A stretch of 64,000 nucleotides of DNA from the human T2T-CHM13v2.0 reference genome, Homo sapiens. The stretch lies in the NCBI GenBank assembly GCA_009914755.4, contig CP086569.2:28000001-28064000 (forward strand), read 5' to 3'. The position numbers and the translations under genes were made by a program. Below, piece after piece: positions 58,657 through 64,000 of the stretch. The notes under the pieces were generated by a model. That model had not been told where the DNA came from, made no database searches, and saw only the letters and a program-made list of their open reading frames with translations. The first letter of the stretch is position 1. Every line of letters starts with the position of its first letter.

Positions 58657-61600
58657 CTCGAATTTCATGAAACGGAATGGAATGAATTGGAACGGAATGG
58701 ACTCGAATGGAATGGAATGTCATGGAATGGCATCAAATGGAATGGCATCAAATGGAATGGAATCGAATGCAATGGAATGCTATGGAATGGAATGGAATGC
58801 ATTGGAATGGAATGTCCTCTAATGGAATGGATTCGAGTGGAATGGAATCGAATATAATGGAGTCGAATGAAATGGAATTGAAAGGAATGGGATCGAATAC
58901 AATGGAATATACTGGAATGTAATGTAATGAACTCGAATGTAATTGACTGGAATGGAATGTACATGAATGGAATGTAATCGAATGGAAAGTAATCCAATGG
59001 AATAGAATCTAATGCAATAAAATCGACTCAGATAGAGTAGAATGTAATGGAATGGAGTGCAGTGCAATGGAATGGAATGGAATGGAATGCAATGGAATGG
59101 AATGGAATGGGATGGAATGGTATGGAATGGATAGTAATGGACTGGAGTGAAATGGACTGGAAAGGAATGGACTCAAATTGAAAGGGCTCGAAAGGAATGG
59201 AGTCAAATGGAATGGTCTGGAATGGAATGAACACGAATGTAATGCAATCCAATAGAATGGAATCGAATGGCATGGAATATAAAGAAATGGAATCGAAGAG
59301 AATGGAAACAAACGGAATGGAATTGAATGGAATGGAATTGAATGGAATGGGAACGAATGGAGTGAAATTGTATGCAGTAGAAGAGAATAGAATGGAATGC
59401 AAGCGAAAGGAAAGGAATGGATTGGAATGGAATGGAATTCATGGGAATGGAAGGGAATGTAGTGTAATGGACAGGCCTGGAATAAAGTGGAATGCTACGG
59501 TCTCGAATGGAATAAAAATGTATGGAATGGAATGCAAAGAAACGGAATCGAATGTCATAGAATGTAATGGAATGCAAAAAAATGGACTCCAAAATCATTG
59601 ACTGGAAAGGCTGGGTGTCGAAAGGAATTGACTCCAATGGAATGGAATCGAATGGAATGGAAGTGAATAGAATCGAACTAAATCGAATGGAATGGAATTG
59701 ATAGGAACGGAATGGAAAGGAATGAAATGATTTGGCATGGAATGGAATCGAATGGCATCGAATGGAATGGAATGGAATGGAATGCAATGGAATGTATTAG
59801 AATGTAATGAACTTTAATGGAATGTACTCGAATGGATTCGACTAGAATGGAATGTTCTGGAAGTGAATGGACTCCAATGGAATGGATTGAAAAGGAATGG
59901 AATCGTACGGAATGGAATCTAATGGAATGGAATTAAATGGAAATGAATGAAATTGAATAGCACGGAATTGAATTGAATGGAATCGAATGCAATGGAATCT
60001 AATGAAACGGAAAGGAAAGGAATGGAATGGAATGGAATGGGCTGGAATGGAAAGGAATCGAAACGAATGGAATGGAATCGAACTGAAGAGACTGGAATGG
60101 AATGCACTGGAATGGAAGGGAGTGTAATGGAAGGTTCTCGAAAAAAATGGAATCGAATGGAATGGAATTGAATGGAACGGAATAGAGTCGAATGGAATTG
60201 AATGGAATGGAATGGACTAGAGTGAAATGGAATCGAACCACAAGGAATGGACAGGAATAGAATGGTCTCGAATTGAATGGAATCGTATGGAATGGCATCA
60301 AACGGAATGGAATGGACAGCCACGGAATGGAATGCACTCGAATGCAATGGAGTCGAAACTAATGGACTGGAATAGAATGGACTCGACTGGTACGGACTCC
60401 AATGGAATGGAATCGAATGGAAGGGAATCGAACGGAATGGACTCGAAGGGAAAAGACTGCAATGGAAAGGTCTCGAATGGAATGGAAATTAATGGAATGG
60501 AATGGAATCGAATGAAATGGAGTCAAAAGGAATGGAATCGAATGGCAAGAAATCGAATGTAATGGAATCGCAAGGAATTGATGTGAACGGAACGGAATGG
60601 AATGGAATCCAAAGAAATGGAATAGAATGGAATGGAATCGAATGGAAAGAACTCGAATGGAAATCACTCGAATAGAATGCAATTTAATAAAATAGGATGA
60701 AATGTAACGGAATGGAATGGAAAGGAATCGAAACGAAAGGAATGGAGACAGATGGAATGGAATGGAACAGAGAGCAATGGTATAGAATGGAATGGAATCA
60801 TCTGGAATGGAATTGAATGGAATGGAATAATATGAAATGGAATGGAATGGAATGGAATGCCCTTGAATTAAATGGACTGGAATGGAATGGACTCGAACAG
60901 AGTGGAATGGAAAGTGTTGAGATAGAATGGAATGGACTCCTTTGGAATGGTCTAGTATGCAATGCAATGGACTGGCAGGGAATCAAAAGGAATGTAATCG
61001 AATGGATTGGACTGGAATGCAATGGACTCGAATAGATTGGAAACGGAATGCAAAGGAATGGAATGGAATAGTATGGAATGGAATGGAAAGGAATGGAGTG
61101 GAATAGACTAGAGTGGAATGGAATGGACTCGAAAGCAATGGACTGGAATGGAACTTTCTTGAATGGACTGGAATCAAACGGAATGGAATGCAATGCAATC
61201 AAATGGCATGGAATAAAATAGAATGAAAGAGAATCAAATGGAATTGAATCGAATGCAATCGAATGGATTGGAAAGGAATAGAATGGAATGGAATGGAATT
61301 GACTCAAATGGAATGGACTAGAATGGAATGGATTCGAATGGAAGGCAAAGGAATGGAATCTATCGGAATGGACAGCAATGGAATGGAAAGGAAGGGATTG
61401 GAATGGACTCGAATGGAATGGACTGCAATAGAAAGGATTCGAATGGAATGAAAAAGAATTGAATGGAATAGAACAGAATGGAATCAAATCGAATGAAATG
61501 GAATGGAATAGAAAGGAATGGAATGAAATGGAATGGAAAGGATTCGAATGGAATGCAATCGAATGGAATGGAATCGAACGGAATGGAATAAAATGGAAGA

Positions 61601-63435
61601 AAACTGGCAAGAAATGGAATCGAAATGAATGGAGTGTTATGGAACGGACTCCAAAGGAATTGAATGTAATAGAATGGAGTGGAGTGGACTCGAATATAAT
61701 GGACTGGAATGGAATGAAATCACATGGAATGGGAACGAATGGAATGGAATGGAAAGGAATGGAATCGAATGGAAAGGAATCGAATGGAAGGGAATGAAAT
61801 TGAATCAACAGGAATGGAAGGGAATAGAATAGACGGTAATGGAATGGACTCGAATAGAATGGACACGAATGCTCAAATTGAATGGACTCGAATGGAATGG
61901 AAACGAAAGGAATGTCATGGAATGGAATTGAATCGATTGGAATGAAATGGCATAGAATGGAGTGGAATCAAATGGAATTGAATCGAAAGGAAAGGAAGCG
62001 AATGGACTGAAATGAAATGGAATGGAATTGAATGGAAAGTAAAGCAATGGAATAGAATGGAACGAAATTTCACGGAATGGAATCAAACTGAATGGAATCA
62101 AATCAATGGAATATAATCAAATGGAATGGAAAGGAATTGAATGGAGTAGATGGGATTGGATGGGATTGGAATGAAATGTACTGGAAAGGACTCGAATTTC
62201 ATGAAACGGAATGGAATGAATTGGAACGGAATGGACTCGAATGGAATGGAATGTCATGGAATGGCATCAAATGGAATAGCATCAAATGGAATGGAATCGA
62301 ATGCAATGGAATGCTATGGAATGGAATGGAATGCATTGGAATGGAATGTCCTCTAATGGAATGGATTCGAGTGGAATGGAATCGAATATAATGGAGTCGA
62401 ATGAAATGGAATTGAAAGGAATGGGATCGAATACAATGGAATATACTGGAATGTAATGTAATGAACTCGAATGTAATTGACTGGAATGGAATGTACATGA
62501 ATGGAATGTAATCGAATGGAAAGTAATCCAATGGAATAGAATCTAATGCAATAAAATCGACTCAGATAGAGTAGAATGTAATGGAATGGAGTGCAGTGCA
62601 ATGGAATGGAATGGAATGGAATGCAATGGAATGGAATGGAATGGGATGGAATGGTATGGAATGGATAGTAATGGACTGGAGTGAAATGGACTGGAAAGGA
62701 ATGGACTCAAATTGAAAGGGCTCGAAAGGAATGGAGTCAAATGGAATGGTCTGGAATGGAATGAACACGAATGTAATGCAATCCAATAGAATGGAATCGA
62801 ATGGCATGGAATATAAAGAAATGGAATCGAAGAGAATGGAAACAAACGGAATGGAATTGAATGGAATGGAATTGAATGGAATGGGAACGAATGGAGTGAA
62901 ATTGTATGCAGTAGAAGAGAATAGAATGGAATGCAAGCGAAAGGAAAGGAATGGATTGGAATGGAATGGAATTCATGAGAATGGAAGGGAATGTAGTTTA
63001 ATGGACAGGCCTGGAATAAAGTGGAATGCTACGGTCTCGAATGGAATAAAAATGTATGGAATGGAATGCAAAGAAACGGAATCGAATGTCATAGAATGTA
63101 ATGGAATGCAAAAAAATGGACTCCAAAATCATTGACTGGAAAGGCTGGGTGTCGAAAGGAATTGACTCCAATGGAATGGAATCGAATGGAATGGAAGTGA
63201 ATAGAATCGAACTAAATCGAATGGAATGGAATTGATAGGAACGGAATGGAAAGGAATGAAATGATTTGGCATGGAATGGAATCGAATGGCATCGAATGGA
63301 ATGGAATGGAATGCAATGCAATGGAATGTATTAGAATGTAATGAACTTTAATGGAATGTACTCGAATGGATTCGACTGGAATGGAATGTTCTGGAAGTGA
63401 ATGGACTCCAATGGAATGGATTCAAAAGGAATGGA
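56368..63435 (+). repeat. Copy B of the 7068-bp two-unit super-repeat. Boundaries are approximate.
   Basis: See copy A. Example ORF-track pairs at exactly +7068 bp are 52135/59203, 53730/60798, 55663/62731 and 55930/62998. Confidence 0.75.
58657..62190 (+). repeat. HOR unit 18, 3534 bp (short variant).
   Basis: Landmark spacing is 3534 bp. Confidence 0.9.
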
Positions 63436-64000
63436 ATCGTACGGAATGGAATCTAATGGAATGGAATTAAATGGAAATGAATGAAATTGAATAGCACGGA
63501 ATTGAATTGAATGGAATCGAATGCAATGGAATCTAATGAAACGGAAAGGAAAGGAATGGAATGGAATGGGCTGGAATGGAAAGGAATCGAAACGAATGGA
63601 ATGGAATCGAACTGAAGAGACTGGAATGGAATGCACTGGAATGGAAGGGAGTGTAATGGAAGGTTCTCGAAAAAAATGGAATCGAATGGAATGGAATTGA
63701 ATGGAACGGAATAGAGTCGAATGGAATTGAATGGAATGGAATGGACTAGAGTGAAATGGAATCGAACCACAAGGAATGGACAGGAATAGAATGGTCTCGA
63801 ATTGAATGGAATCGTATGGAATGGCATCAAACGGAATGGAATGGACAGCCACGGAATGGAATGCACTCGAATGCAATGGAGTCGAAACTAATGGACTGGA
63901 ATAGAATGGACTCGACTGGTACGGACTCCAATGGAATGGAATCGAATGGAAGGGAATCGAACGGAATGGACTCGAAGGGAAAAGACTGCAATGGAAAGGT
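62191..64000 (+). repeat. HOR unit 19, partial (1810 bp to the window end).
   Basis: It starts at the landmark and the window ends inside the unit. It has a 5-bp (one pentamer) loss at about 63560 compared with the corresponding region at about 56490. Confidence 0.85.

Larger units (their letters stand above)
1..64000 (+). repeat. DYZ1: Continuous tandem array of GGAAT-pentamer satellite (satellite III / HSat3 family) organised into ~3.53-3.57 kb higher-order repeats. All units have the same orientation. Most consistent with human Y-chromosome DYZ1 (Yq12).
   Basis: Seen in sequence: (ggaat)n and its degenerate variants (ggaatcgaat, ggaatgcaat, ggaaaggaat and similar) fill every line. C is rare on the + strand. 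The landmark 'ctcgaat[at]tcatgaaacgg' recurs at 1, 3575, 7104, 10678, 14252, 17826, 21400, 24974, 28547, 32081, 35614, 39148, 40992, 44526, 48060, 51589, 55123, 58657 and 62191. Established knowledge or memory: DYZ1 is a ~3.56-kb HaeIII repeat made of TTCCA/GGAAT pentamers. Confidence that this is an HSat3-type satellite HOR array is about 0.98. Confidence in the specific DYZ1 assignment is about 0.7. Confidence 0.85.

Noticed and set aside
1-64000. Hundreds of long ORFs on both strands in the supplied track, including 336-aa and 482-aa examples.
   Set aside because: GGAAT and ATTCC contain no stop codons in any frame, so long ORFs are unavoidable. The translations are 5-residue periodic low-complexity strings such as MEWNG and IPFHS. 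The ORFs overlap in all frames, and their ends shift with single-base variants between units. There is no ribosome-binding-site, promoter or codon-usage signal.
1-64000. CRISPR array or another prokaryotic repeat-spacer structure, which the prompt's hint of a novel system might suggest.
   Set aside because: There are no unique spacers. The periodicities are 5 bp and about 3.5 kb, not 28-37-bp repeats with spacers of similar size. No cas-like coding sequence exists. The composition and organisation are those of a eukaryotic satellite.
1-64000. Alpha satellite or another centromeric 171-bp repeat.
   Set aside because: There is no 171-bp periodicity and no CENP-B-box-like motif. The sequence is GGAAT-based, which is the HSat2/HSat3 family.
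1-64000. HSat2 rather than HSat3.
   Set aside because: HSat2 is a more diverged arrangement of ATTCCATTCG-type units and does not show clean 3.5-kb HORs. Here long pure (ggaat)n runs, the 3.56-kb HaeIII periodicity and the recalled DYZ1 primer matches favour HSat3/DYZ1. I did not see the 'caacccga' decamer typical of some HSat3 subfamilies, so the subfamily call remains tentative.
1-64000. Transposable-element insertion (Alu, L1 or SVA) or a unique-sequence island interrupting the array.
   Set aside because: I looked for any stretch longer than about 40 bp that lacks GGAAT-derived words and found none. The least satellite-like segments, such as 'ctggaaaggctgggtgtcgaaaggaattgactcc' at about 994-1030 and 'ggacaggcctggaataaagtgg', recur in every unit at fixed offsets. 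They are therefore part of the HOR and not insertions.
1-64000. Telomeric or subtelomeric repeat.
   Set aside because: There are no TTAGGG or CCCTAA runs. The pentamer is GGAAT.

Overview
The whole 64-kb window is one head-to-tail tandem satellite array built from the pentamer GGAAT (classical satellite III / HSat3 family). All units run in the same orientation, with the purine-rich strand on +. The pentamers are organised into a higher-order repeat (HOR) of about 3.53-3.57 kb, and using the arbitrary landmark 'ctcgaat(a/t)tcatgaaacgg' the window holds 18 complete units plus one partial unit. Each full-length unit carries exactly one GGCC (HaeIII) site. Each unit also contains two sequences I recall as the standard Y-specific DYZ1 PCR primer sites, placed 154 bp apart. 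I therefore interpret the window as human Yq12 DYZ1 heterochromatin; that assignment is from memory and structure, not from a database search. I found no protein-coding genes, RNA genes, mobile-element insertions, CRISPR arrays or prokaryotic-style systems. Every ORF in the supplied track is an artefact, because GGAAT and its complement ATTCC contain no stop codon in any frame. What is interesting here is structural: (i) a switch at about 28.5 kb from a 3574-bp HOR variant carrying a 40-bp tandem duplication to a 3534-bp variant; (ii) an outlier 3529-bp unit inside the 3574 block; (iii) one unit truncated by a 1690-bp internal deletion at pentamer microhomology; (iv) a 7068-bp two-unit super-repeat covering the last ~15 kb; (v) block-wise homogenisation of neighbouring units; (vi) indels that are almost all multiples of 5 bp; (vii) many inter-unit substitutions at CpG sites. 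I could not find the previously undescribed system the prompt hints at. This is an ordinary, if structurally rich, satellite region.
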